Positions 36,001 through 48,809 of a stretch of DNA of 64,000 nt are shown here, in pieces. Position numbers and translations under genes: made by a program. Location of the stretch: positions 36,489,718 to 36,553,717 of the forward strand of contig NC_069003.1 in the NCBI RefSeq assembly GCF_001194135.2, read 5' to 3'. The notes beneath the pieces were generated by a model that saw only the letters and a list, made by a program, of their open reading frames with translations, did no database searches and had not been told where the DNA came from. The DNA is from Octopus bimaculoides (lineage: Eukaryota). The stretch's first letter is position 1, and each line of letters opens with the position of its first letter.

Positions 36001-36932
36001 ACCAAGTTTTCAGCCCAAGGAGACTGAATATAAAAATAATATATATATATACACAAAGTATGGGGGTTCAGTTCACAGGTGATTTAAATATATATATATA
36101 TATATACACATTAGTGTGAATGCTTTCATTTGTCACTAATTAATAGAAATAATGTAAGCAACAAATACCAACTTAAAATATTTCACACACACACACACAC
36201 AAAAGAAAAAAGGAATATAAGAAAACAAATGTGTGACCTCAACTGTGTGTGGTGTGTGTGTGTGTGTGTATGCAACATTGTGAAAATGGCTCCTTGTAAG
36301 CCATTTGTAAATTTTTTTCTGTGTTGTATTCTTAAATGTTGTCAATTTCCATTATCCTCCACATTTATTTTCCTTGAATGGCACTTAATAGTTTATTATT
36401 CATTTCCAAATATTCAGAGTCAAGTCGGCTTCTCTTTGACTGTGGTGAAATGTTATTGTTGTTGTTGTTGATGTGTTAATTCCAGTTGAACCCTGGCTGA
36501 GCAGAGCTATGTCACTCAGGTAGACATCTGAACACCAGCCAGTACTTGCAAATGTGCCAAACTTACCTTTACTATAGGTTCTTTTATTTCAAATACATAC
36601 CCACCCCCATCACTTTCATGTTGTTTTGTGTTTGTGTTTTTGTGTTTAAGCATGTGGTTTATTCATGTTGAGGTATTTAGAAGATTTTGTGATGTATCAT
36701 TATTGGTTGACTAGCATTCTAGCCATGACCATTCTAGCCATGACCATTCTATCCACTCTTTAGTTCTTGAGTTATCCAGCATATTCAACCATTTTTAAGA
36801 TGGCAGGCAAAGCTTGAAGGTGAGTTGGTTGCTATTTCTAGCAGGCTTCTCTTGATGTAAAATTTCATATAGAGTAATATAATAGTCTGGTACTTTGGGA
36901 GACCAAACTTATTATTGAAATAGTTTATTATT

Positions 36933-36970
<38 letters not shown>

Positions 36971-39900
36971 ATTGCCTCAAATTGTTCCTTTAAAACCAAT
37001 CACTTTTGTTAAGAATAGTCTTGTTTTCATTTTGAATGCTTAGTCTTGCAGTAAAAGACTTCCTCATAACTTCAACATTCTCATTATTAACAGTTCATGT
37101 TCATCCATGTGTATTTGCTGTCAAAGATTAATTCATTTCATAAAACAAGGTTTAGGGATATTTTGTTTCATACATGAAATACAAGCTGAAGAACCCATAA
37201 ACCTCATTCATCTTTTTTTTGCATTCAAATAAATCCACGATTGTGTAGTTTGGTACTGTCATTCTTTCTTTTCACCAACGATTGAAGTTGGAAGTTCAGG
37301 TGCAAACATTTGTTGCTTTTTTTTTTTCCCCTTCATATTTTTTGTAGAGACTTGATTCCTTCGAAATGTCATAACACTGCTATTGCAGTGACTTATGAAA
37401 GTTCATTTCACATCACAAGATTGGATTCATAGCAAAGAGTTCTTGGAGTGAGACTCATAGCAAGCTTTTTGTAACCAGACTCTATGAAATTTCCAGTAGT
37501 GTGGTGCAGTGCAATAGCTTTTCAAATGATCAAAAATTTTAATATGCAAAGATGGGGGATCCTCCATTCATGGTCTTACCTCTTCTTTTTGGAGTGTATT
37601 CCCGATCAAAATAACTCCCATCTTGATATCCACTTTTTCTCCTAGAGATAAACAAAAACACAGCTAGAAGCAAACAGAAATGAACAGAATAATATGAATA
37701 TAAAGTATGGCTCCTATGCATTTCCTCTCAGTTTTACTGTTGAATGTGTGTATACATGTAAAGTATAAGAGATGACAGATCCTTTCAGCAGGGCAGGTTT
37801 TATAACTTGAATGGTGTGTAAAATGTATTTGGATATGAAGTGCTGGAGGGATTATTTTTATGGGAAATACTTCTCCCAAACGCAAAAACAACAAACCAAA
37901 AAAACAAAACCTCGATAGCAAAGTGACAGTACGACCCACTTTATAGATTCGTAGAACCTGATTTAATACTTATCCAATGTAAGGCAGCAAGCTGGTAGAA
38001 TTATTAGCATGTCAGACAAAATGCTTAGCAGCATTCCATTTGTCTCTATGTTCTGAGTTCAAATTCCACCAAGGTCGACTTTGCTTTTCATCCTTACGGG
38101 GTTGATAAAATAGGTGTCAGCTGAGTACTGGGGTCGATATAATCGACTTACCTGCTGCTCCCGAAATTGCTGGCCTTGTGCCAACATTTGAAATCGATAC
38201 TTATAATCCAGTTTTCCATTTATAAGTTAAACGGTGACAATAGATTTTTCACTGTGTGACAGAGAGAGAAAGAGAAAGAGGGAGAGAGAGAAAGAGAGAG
38301 CACTTGCCATTTAGTTTTAGGATTATAGGATTCTCACCACAAAAGGATCTTTGAGAGGATAGGTGGAAGAAAATCAAGAGAAATAAAACCTTAGTCATGA
38401 ATATTCTCTCAGGAGTTGAAACCTATTTTATAGCAGTTGGCTGCTGCTGCTGTTCGTGTTTTGTAACAGCAACGGCTCAGTCCTGATTCTTATCAATAAA
38501 ATATGCAACATTAAAAGAGAACAGTTGCAGATTATGCCTGATGTCTTCATGCAAATTCATACCTAAATTGCACGATAAAATCCTGGCTATACTAAATATT
38601 TACAATCATTGCGGGAGACGGAAATTATCAAAGTTCTCCAGACTTGTCTTTGATGGTCAGTTTGTTAGATTTCTCCAGTAAAACCTCAAAAGTATTAAAT
38701 TATAATTAAAATTCCAAGGATTCTGTATTTTCTAATCATCCTCTTCTGTTTTGTTGTCATGTCCACTCCTCTTCCTTTCTTCTTAACATGTCTCTCTCTT
38801 TAACTTACAAAACAACACACTAGCTTTAAACGTTATTTTGTATGGCTAACATTTTGTTAGGTTCGCATCAAACAATAAACGTCAGATTTGAAATGAAATG
38901 TTATAGCATTTCATTTCTATCGTTTCCTTTTGCTGCTTACATTCCACAGCCAAACATGTAGCATATGTGTGTGTGTGTTACCAAAAAAAAAACCCAAAAA
39001 ACACTAACAAAGAAAGTAGAAACTCGTCATTTAAATGCTGCTCCAAATTCGTAATGCTGCACAATAACAATCCACATTAACCTAAATATTTATAATCAAG
39101 AGAGAATGAATTATTATTGTGTTCCAGTGTTCTTCTTCAGAGTCACATAGTAAGACTTGCCTTCTGCCAAAAGCTCAGGTATAGGTTTGTATTTATCAGC
39201 TGTCAAAATAGAGTTTTACATGTTCCTGCATGTCCCCTTGGTTCCAAGAAATCACATTTCTTGCAATATTCCTCGTTTGTTGTTGAAGTGAAATAGTGTC
39301 CTCCTCCTAGGCCTCTTCCTATGCAGGCAATGCCACACCTGTTGTTTATCACTGTCATCCCATCTGTCATGAAATCTCAAGTGATTCAGTCACTATGTCA
39401 ACGACAGAGTGGTTACATGGACATCGACCCTGAAAGTGCTTCTCTGTCAGATGTGGTAACAGGGCAGATGATGTGGACGTCACAAAGAATGTGACAGGCC
39501 AGCAATCAACAACATAAGAGTGTGTAAATACTTCAAAGGAATAAGAAAGGATTTCCCCCGGCCGATTTCAGCTAATAGGCAATAAAACACCATTGCCAAT
39601 TCAAACTGTGAAACTGTTGACCCTGGACTTCACAGTGTACCATACCCTTCATTGATCTTCCAAGACTTTCTATACGTAACAGAATAGAATTTTCCTTTCT
39701 CTGTAATCCATTTGTTTGTATCGGGAATAATACAGCAGATGCAGACTAAATTGGCCACTCAGCTAATTAAAAAACATTCCTTATTTAACAAACTGCAATC
39801 ACTCCAATTAACCATTTCAATGGTTCCTTTCCTTTGCATCGTCAACCATTCCAATGGATTCTTCTGCTCATCTGAAGTAGGAAGTTCCATCACCTCTTTT

Positions 39901-42687
39901 GTCTTCTTGCACTATCTCACCATCAGATCCTCCACCGAACACCTTGTCCAATCATTCCAACTTCAAGAGAGTCAACCTCCTGAAATCCATTCTCAGCCTG
40001 TCCTGATCTTATCAATCAAGAGGACCAACAAACATGCATGATCACTGCCGTAGCCACTTCAGATTAACCAAAAGCAACAAGAGAGCACCTCTGATGGTCT
40101 GTTAGGGTCCATCCGGAGAACCAGGAAACAACTCCTTCCTAAGCAGTACTGACAGAATAAAATCAAGAATCTCTTCAATTGCTTGGCAATCCAACAAATC
40201 TCACCTAGACACACCTTTTATACTACAACTGATCTTTATAAAGAATATACAATATTTATTCTAAAGATTCTTAACTCTTCATGAAATAACTTGTCTTTAC
40301 AGAGATGCTTAATAATATTTACCCATGCATAGGATCTTACTTAAAGAGAATTATACAACACGCACAAAATTGTTATATTTATGCAATTTAAATTCTAAAC
40401 ACAGATGGGTTTAGAAATCAAAAAAATTAATTAATTAGCTCAGGCCGAGAGACTGAAGAGCAGCAAATGTTTCACAAAATATTTACTATTTCCAACTAAG
40501 AACTGGTAGTGTTGATCCAAATCCTAATGCTCCCTTCCCTCCAGATGTGCAGCCAAGTGGCAATGTCAAGAATTGATAACTACAATTATGTTAGGGTATT
40601 TTAAAAGAAAGTACTTACCTTGGAGATCCTGCAAGCCTGGCACTAATACTATGGCGCAGGTCATCAGGATTATGTTGGACACGCTCCATCCGCTCCCAAT
40701 CCCTTGACTCACCCCGGCTGGATTCGGAATATGCAGGCATTCCACTACCATAGTAGTGTGGAGAACTATTTAGTGGCCTCATCCTTAGATAAATAAGAAA
40801 TGGGATAAGGGCTTAACGCTTACTAAGAAATCAACAAGAAAATCAATCCAGAATGTGAGCCAAGTTTGGAATGGTGCTTACACAGTAACATACATCATCA
40901 GCAAAACACTGCAGTAAGAATACTGCTTCAATGAATACAACTTTCTCTTTGTCTACCTGTATTTATGATGTAGAAATAGAAGCTAATCAACTGGATTTGA
41001 AAGATATGTTAACAATATTGAATTCTTGAGGATTTTTCATTTGTATAAAATTCTAGTCAACTGCTTGTTTGACACTTTTCCTTTTTAATTAGCTTTAATT
41101 AACATGTTAACATGCAAGTATTTCATCAATTGATTGAATTCTTGGAACTAATGAATGTGGTCTTCAACCAATTTATAGAATTTCTTTTAATGTTCTTCCA
41201 AAGAAACACTATTTCTCAATGTCTCATTTTGCTGCAGTATTTTCTTTCTTTCTTATGGCATCTTTTAAAATTCTTAAAATCATCCATAAATTTTTGTCCT
41301 TCTTTCCTAAGTGGTAAATGTTGAAACACTTAGTTTCTCATATTCATTAAAATTTAAATACAATTTTTCAAATATTTATCATTGAATGAAGTTTAAAGAG
41401 AATTGTATTTTTTTAAAAATGAATTCTCAAAAGTTCCGGTTGTATATTTTCCTTTGCAATTGTGTGTCTGTGGATGGGTTAATTTTTTGATGATATAGAA
41501 ACATTTCACAGGGAAATTCCTTTTAACAGGGCACAAAGAATTTATGGAATCGTAATTTGTACTTTGTTAAATGTTTCTGACTTGTTTTTCCCAATCCGTG
41601 AAAAGCAGTTCCTTAATGGCAGTTAATGTTTTGACAAATTACATGTTGATAATATTTTTGTTTGTTTGTATTTTATACATATGATTAAGTACAGAAACTG
41701 AAAAATATTAAATGTAATTTCTTCAAGAGAATCAAAGCTACATAAATAGATTAAATGGTGTTTGGTTAGTTTCTAATCGTCAATATTTAGTTTAGTTATA
41801 AATAGATTCTGTCTATATTAAAAGTGGTGCCATCATAGTAATCTTACTAATATCAATTCCAGGAAAATTTTCACAGTTAATTTCTAAAAAATATTTCTGT
41901 TTGGATTTGTACCTCCCGCCTCTCCCCATTACAATCCCTCTTTTGGTTTCATTCATGCAGATATATTTATATCTTTAATGATACCCCTTCAACTAACCAG
42001 ACAATGAAACAAATAAATGCTGACTTGTCTAATGAGACTTGGTTGCAATATACAATGGGTCAAGCAACCAAAACCGTATGTGGGTGTAGACTTAAAGAAG
42101 CAGATGTGTAAAAGAGCAAACCAGTTAGGTGCTAACCAAAAACAAAAATCTTCCAATATTATAACTTTCTCTACTCTTTTTTTTTTTTTTTTTTGGTCAT
42201 CCCACATAATATGACAAAAACTATATTTTCTTAAGCTACAGAAAATGCTTCAGCCCTGACTAATTGCTAACCCTCTACAAGATGAAATAAAACCTACACT
42301 AGAAGGACTTCTTCACACAAAAGTCTGAGACCACACCCAAAAGAAGGTCATCTACCAGATTTGCAAAGACTCAATCTTCACTCAGTCTAATTATTGATAC
42401 TATGATTGCATCCCTTACTCAGTATTTCCACAAAGGCCACACATTCCCTGCTCCCCTCATCAACCCTACTTTAACCTCTCCTCACCACTTTGTTCAATCC
42501 TTCCTTCCGAAAGTATCAACTTTCTGGAATTTTCTTCCCAACCATATTCTCCTCTGCAGACTCTGACTTCAACAGTTCAACCCTAGAAAAGGTCCTGTGA
42601 AAGAAGAGCACTGCTGCCGGCCTATTTAACGAATAATATTTAAATTACTATAATACATGTATTAATTAAAAATATTTGGATTAATGA

Positions 42688-42722
<35 letters not shown>

Positions 42723-45700
42723 ATAAATTCTCAGATTTATTCAATTTTCAATTTGTGAAACAATCCAGTAAAAAGATTAAGACTGAAGTCGATAGATAAA
42801 AAGATGTGATCCAGTGGTGCAACAAAACGATGATTTGTCGTTCTCCTGCAGTCTGTTATAATTTAGATGATTAAATGTCCTGATAAGGTTCTGTGAAGTG
42901 ATTTGAAGCAATCCAGCCATAAGATCAGTGAGTTAGAGAAATGTTTCAGTGTTGTCTAATGGCAGCAACAGAATTCATAAGATACAAGAGTCTTTCTGTC
43001 AGTTTTGTTACAAAAAGAAGGTAAAAAAAAAAAAGGGACCCTATCAACATATTTTTCCATTGAGTCCAGTTAGCAATTCTTCAAATCAATCACCAGATTT
43101 GCTTTTGTTTTGCCGAATAAAAAAATGTTAAAAGAAAAAAATTCTGATCTTCGCCTTTGAAATACTTCTGGACTTGTTTTCATTAATTCAAACATTACTG
43201 CAATAGTAACCATAATGCACCAGTGCAGTATGGAACGAGAAGAGTCTTTTCACTGAGACAGGCACAAACTTCAAAAAAAAAATTAGCAGCTCCAAACAGT
43301 TGTTAAGTCATAAATTTAAACAAGAAATAATGTATTATTACATTATGAAGTTTTTTTTCTTTTATAAATTGTTCTTTTTATCCAGTTTAGAAAAACATAA
43401 TCCGATTGCTTCAAATAAGTAACAAGACAGAAGTAAGAAATATTTCCTTGGAGTTGTTAACCAGTTATGGCAAGAAAACATCTTTTAATGTCTGAAAATT
43501 TTCAATATTACTCTGCTGATGCCAAACTCTTTGTTTTCAAAGACAAACAGTGCACACAATCATTAAAACTGGGGTATAATACAGTCAATAATTTTTATCA
43601 CTTTGAATTTACCACAACAATAACCTCCATTTTGTAAAATTTCTGTTCTAGATCAAGTAGATCTAGGAGTACCTCAGCTATGGCTATCAAATATTGTTTT
43701 TAGCCATTGTGTTTCTTGGAATTCATTATATGATGTGCCCTTCCCACTTTCAAAGAAGGTTGGGAATTATTTCTAGCAGATTCAACGACCACTTAGAGGC
43801 TCTTTTGTTGGTTCATTTTCTTTTCTTTTTTTTTTCTATAGACTTAATAAAAAAAATTTTTTTTCTTTCATTTCTAGTATATTTAATCATTGCAGATTTC
43901 GCAGTTTTAAACATTTCATGATTTCTAATTGTAAATGCATATCATTTCAGAGCACTATTTGCCATGCTGCAATCATTTCCAAATATGAATGAGTTCAAAT
44001 CTTGCCAAAGTCAACTTTATCTTCCATCCTTCTTGTATTGATTAGAGAGGTATCAATACCCAGCTATTGATTCAGTTCACCAGACAAATCTATGGCATCA
44101 TGGTACCAATGTTACAATTCATTGTCTTTCTTATTAAAACGGTTTGGATCACCAAAAGACTTTTTTTTTTTTTACTTTTTAGTTGTACCACATTCCTGGC
44201 AATAATCATAACTAATTGCATCAAGGTCATTATTTAACTCTAATTAGACTTTGTAATGTTCTACTAGAGCACGACCACTTACATGAATAAAAGACATGAA
44301 CGTCCTCAAAGAACGATATGAACAAATCTAGTTTCCATCACATACACAGAGGGAAATGTTGCTTAGCAGTTAAGTCACTGGATAATAATAAAATAATTGG
44401 TAGCTGTGGTATGAGAAATTTAGTAATAGAGACAGCAAAATATAAGTTCAGAATGAAGTTTTGTCAGATTAAAGCATTTATGAAATTAAGCGATTGCTAA
44501 TAACGAGAACTGGGCTGATTATCACCAGCCCAGTAAACGAACTGATTTCTATTAGAGTGAACCAAATGAAAATAAAATAGCAATTACCATGGAATGAGCA
44601 CAGATTATCAAAACAATACTTACCTGCTTTCTCCCATCCAGCGATCATGGCTACTTCTTTGACTAGATAATGACCGAGATCCTTCATATCCTTCTTTAGG
44701 ATTTCTATAAAAGATTTCCATCAAATCCATCTGAGACATTTGGAAATGTATTATTTCTAATATCAATGGACTTTTAGACTGTGGTATTTCGTCCAGGTAA
44801 GGTCACTTTAAAGAGGTAGAGTGTTAAAAAAACACAGTATACCTCAGAAACCAGATGAAACGTATGACAGATATTGATATTTCACAGTTATTTCTGCCCA
44901 TCGGTGCCATGTACTCGATTCACTACCAAAGCAAAATTGAATTGCTGGTCTCAAGTTTAAAAGCATTTAACAACATCCATGCATTAAATATATAACATGG
45001 AGAATGTTTACATTAAAGAACTGTTATTTAACATAAAATCTGGAATTTTGTTTTATTTGTATATCACTTTTGCATATCAGCAGATATACTTTACACTACC
45101 TGTATACCTGTAGATACTACAGGCCAGCAATTCGAATTTGGAAATGAATTGAAGAAATGGAATTGGTGAGCAGAAATAACTGCAAAATATCAATGTCTGT
45201 TGTTTCTGTTCCCCTCCAGGGCAATTTGTTTCACCTGCCTTTGAGGTATTCTGCAATTTTTTAAACCCTGTAAGTCTTGATGAAATACCACAGCCTAAAA
45301 GTGTTTAATAGCACACATGCATTATGTGACATTATTAATTTATTAATTGGGTGGCAAATGCAGTTGTAATACCACCTCATTTACTATTGATCTGTCACAG
45401 TATAACTTACATGATCTGTTATAGGAAAATGTTTACTGACCTGTCATAGTAATATTGGTCATCACTCCATGAGTGAGAATAGGGTGGTGACCTATAGCCA
45501 GAGCTATAGGGACCATCATCACTCATTTCACGGTAATTATTTCTTTCACGAGAATCCACTGTCACAACTCGAAGTTCTTTGTAGTCAAGTTCTTCTTCTC
45601 CTGTATCAATAACATCATACTGGCGAAGTTCCTCTCGATCAAATATGGGCCTTGTTCCTTCATTCTTCTGACGGATCATCACAAAATCATAAGGATTAAA

Positions 45701-48700
45701 ATCCCGTCGGACAGGCTGAGGAGGAGATCCAGATGCTACATGTGAATTTCGATGAATCCCAATTGTAATATTTTCATCAAAATGGAAAGGAGTATCTGGT
45801 TCAAGCATTTTAAAGCGTTCAGTCAGACTGCATCGTCTCTGGTTCTGTAGGTAAGCCCTACCAAGAGCCACACGACTGTAGCTATCTTCAGGAATTAAAG
45901 CATGGGATGACTGATAAGATCCTTGAGAGTAACCTGAAACCCCTGGAGACATTTTCCTACTATTGAATGAAGGAGGTAATGGGTTATCATGATAGCTAGA
46001 AAGAGAAGTGTGCTGAGATGAATGACCAAATGACTGTCCTGATGATTTGTAACTGGAGCTGGGCTGTCCACCATAATCCATAGAGGGCACCACTTGCCTG
46101 CTGCCACTGCCCCACATGGGTGACCTATGGGATAGAAATTAGGTAACAGTTACAATTCAACATTATGGATGGCACTTCTGAAATATTCAATATCAAAAGT
46201 TTAAATAAATAATGAAAAAAAACTAAGATTTCACAGATATTTTCAATAAATGCAGAAACTTGCTGGACTGGCTCCTGTGCAGGTGGCATGTAAAATACAC
46301 CATTTTGAGCGTAGCCGTTGCCAGTACCGCCTGACTGGCCTTCGTGCCGGTGGCACATAAAAAGCACTCACTACACTCTCGGAGTAGTTGGCATTAGGAA
46401 GGGCATCCAGCTGTAGAAACTCTGCCAAATCAGATTGGAGCCTGGTGTAGCCATCTGGTTCACCAGTCCTCAGTCAAATCGTCCAACCCATGCTAGCATG
46501 GAAAGTGAACGTTAACCGATGATGATGAAGATCATCATCATCTAAATAATTAATTTAATGCTTACACAAAAGTTCACATCAAAGATGTTTTTCTTTTGTA
46601 TCTAGTTGCATGTATGTTTCATTTAATGCAGCCTTAGTCCATTAATATTCATGGTAAAAACAAAACAAAGAAATGCAAATTATACAGGGTATCCACAAAG
46701 TCTGGGTACATGGGAATTAACACATACTTTAAGAAATTATTATTTCTTATATTTAATTGTTTATGTTATGATTTTATTTACTCCATGTACCCAGACTTTG
46801 TGGACACCCTGTAGAATGAATTTATAAAGCTTACTTGGATCGCCGCTTCATATTAACAGGACTACGTCTTGAAATTGGGCTAAACCCCTTCCTAGAATGA
46901 TCTCGACGACTGTAGCTGTCATGATGAGAAGGTGGAGAATATCTATGTCGCCGCGATACAGATAACGTACGGTTTGGGCTGTGAGCAGAGGCCATGTGTG
47001 AAATTGGTGACCTTGAATGTCGTTCCACCCTTGTAGTGTTGGACCGATAATGACTGACGTGACTATACGGGAGGTATGTGTCAGTGTGATGGTGGCTCTC
47101 TTTCCGATGGTAGAGAGAGAGAGACTTGGAGGGAGGAGATCTATCTCTGAAAAGAAAAAAGAAAAAAAGGAACAACTAATTAATGTATTCAACACAATTA
47201 TCATTACTATCTTTTATCTCTTATCTTCTTATCTTTTTACAAGTTTCTGGCCATGCTGGTGCACTGCCTAAGAGAAGTCTTTGACAAATGAATCAATCCC
47301 AGTTACTTTTTTTTAAAGTCTGGTACTTATTATATCTATCTCTTTTGCCAAACTGCTAAGTTATGGAGATGTAAACACAGCAACACACACACATGATGGG
47401 CTTCTTTCAGGTTCCGTCTACCAAATCCACTCACAAAGCTTTGGTCGATCTGAGGCTATAGTAGAAGACACTTGCTCAAAGTGCCCCGCAGTGGGACTGA
47501 ATCTGGAACCATGTGGTTGGGAAGGAAGCTTCTTACCACACAGCCATGCCTCTACCTACATATTCATATCAAACCACTGCATTCATCTTCAACAAAGCAA
47601 GTGAATTGTTGCTTTACATTTGATCCACTCCAATCATAAACAGCTCTTAATGACAAAGATGATGGCTGAGCAGAAATTGACCAAACTTCATCATGAACAA
47701 TCTTTCACCAAAAAACTACAAGAATTTATCCTAAATTAATGTACACACCACAAAGCATTCTTGCCTTTCATGCTCTGCATTCAAATAATGCTTTCATAAG
47801 AATGACAATTATTTCTTAAATATAAACTATAATAAGAATAATATCAGAGGTTGCCTACTCCATGGAACATCCATGGATCCAATGAGTCATCATAATTATT
47901 GTATTAACAAGTCTTTCTATGTTAGCATTATATTGGTTTCAAATTTTGACACAAGGCCAGCACTTTAGGGGGAAGGTCTAAGTTGATTACATCGACCCCC
48001 ACCCCCAGCCCTCACCTGATACTTATTTTGTTGGCTCCAAAAGAATGAAAGGCAAAATCGACCAACATGGCATTTGATTTCAGAATGTTAGGATGGATGA
48101 AATGCCACTAGGCATGTTGCCAAGTGTACCAAAAATTCTGCCTGCTCGCTGTCCTCGTTGGCATTATATTACAATAACATGATAAGCATTTTGAGAAGGA
48201 ACAGCAGCAACAACAACACACACATTGGTAACAACTGACTCGTACACCTATTGCTGCACATTAGAGTGTGTTAACCTACGTGTGTTATCTTTCTGTTTCT
48301 CTAGCTCTAGCTAGTGGGATTCAGCCATCCATGTTGCAAAATATTTCACTCTCTGCTTGGTATTTGGTGAATGAGGGAGTTTGATGCAGTTGCTAATGTG
48401 CATTTGTTGCTGTGAAGTAAATTCATTTGGGATTTTACTTCGTCAAAATGCCTGAGAGTAGTTTGAACTTCTTACTAGCATCAACAATCTGCAGAATGCT
48501 CAATTTGGTTAAGAACTGAATTAGCGACAAACTCTGAAAAATGCTGCGTGTGAGTAAATTGCGGCCATAAGAGTATCATTCAACTACTACCGCAGTTGAA
48601 TGCTTTTAACGTGTTTAAACGAAAACAATAGCAAATTTCTGACAGGTCAAACATACATTTTAAGTGCAATCTGAAAACAATGGAAACGAACGTGAAAACC

Positions 48701-48727
48701 CAAGTTTTGATCTTTAGTTGCCACGAA

Positions 48728-48809
<82 letters not shown>

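Noticed and set aside
36936-36968. Run of about 33 A suggesting a retrocopy tail
   Set aside because: No recognisable upstream retroelement, processed ORF or TSD.
44478-44687. ORF-track peptide MKDLGHYLVKEV...
   Set aside because: Wrong frame; splice phases select the NPKEGYEGSR... frame.
44840-44925. Possible intronic C/D box snoRNA (ends in CTGA)
   Set aside because: The box C match is poor (GTGAATC) and there is no terminal stem.
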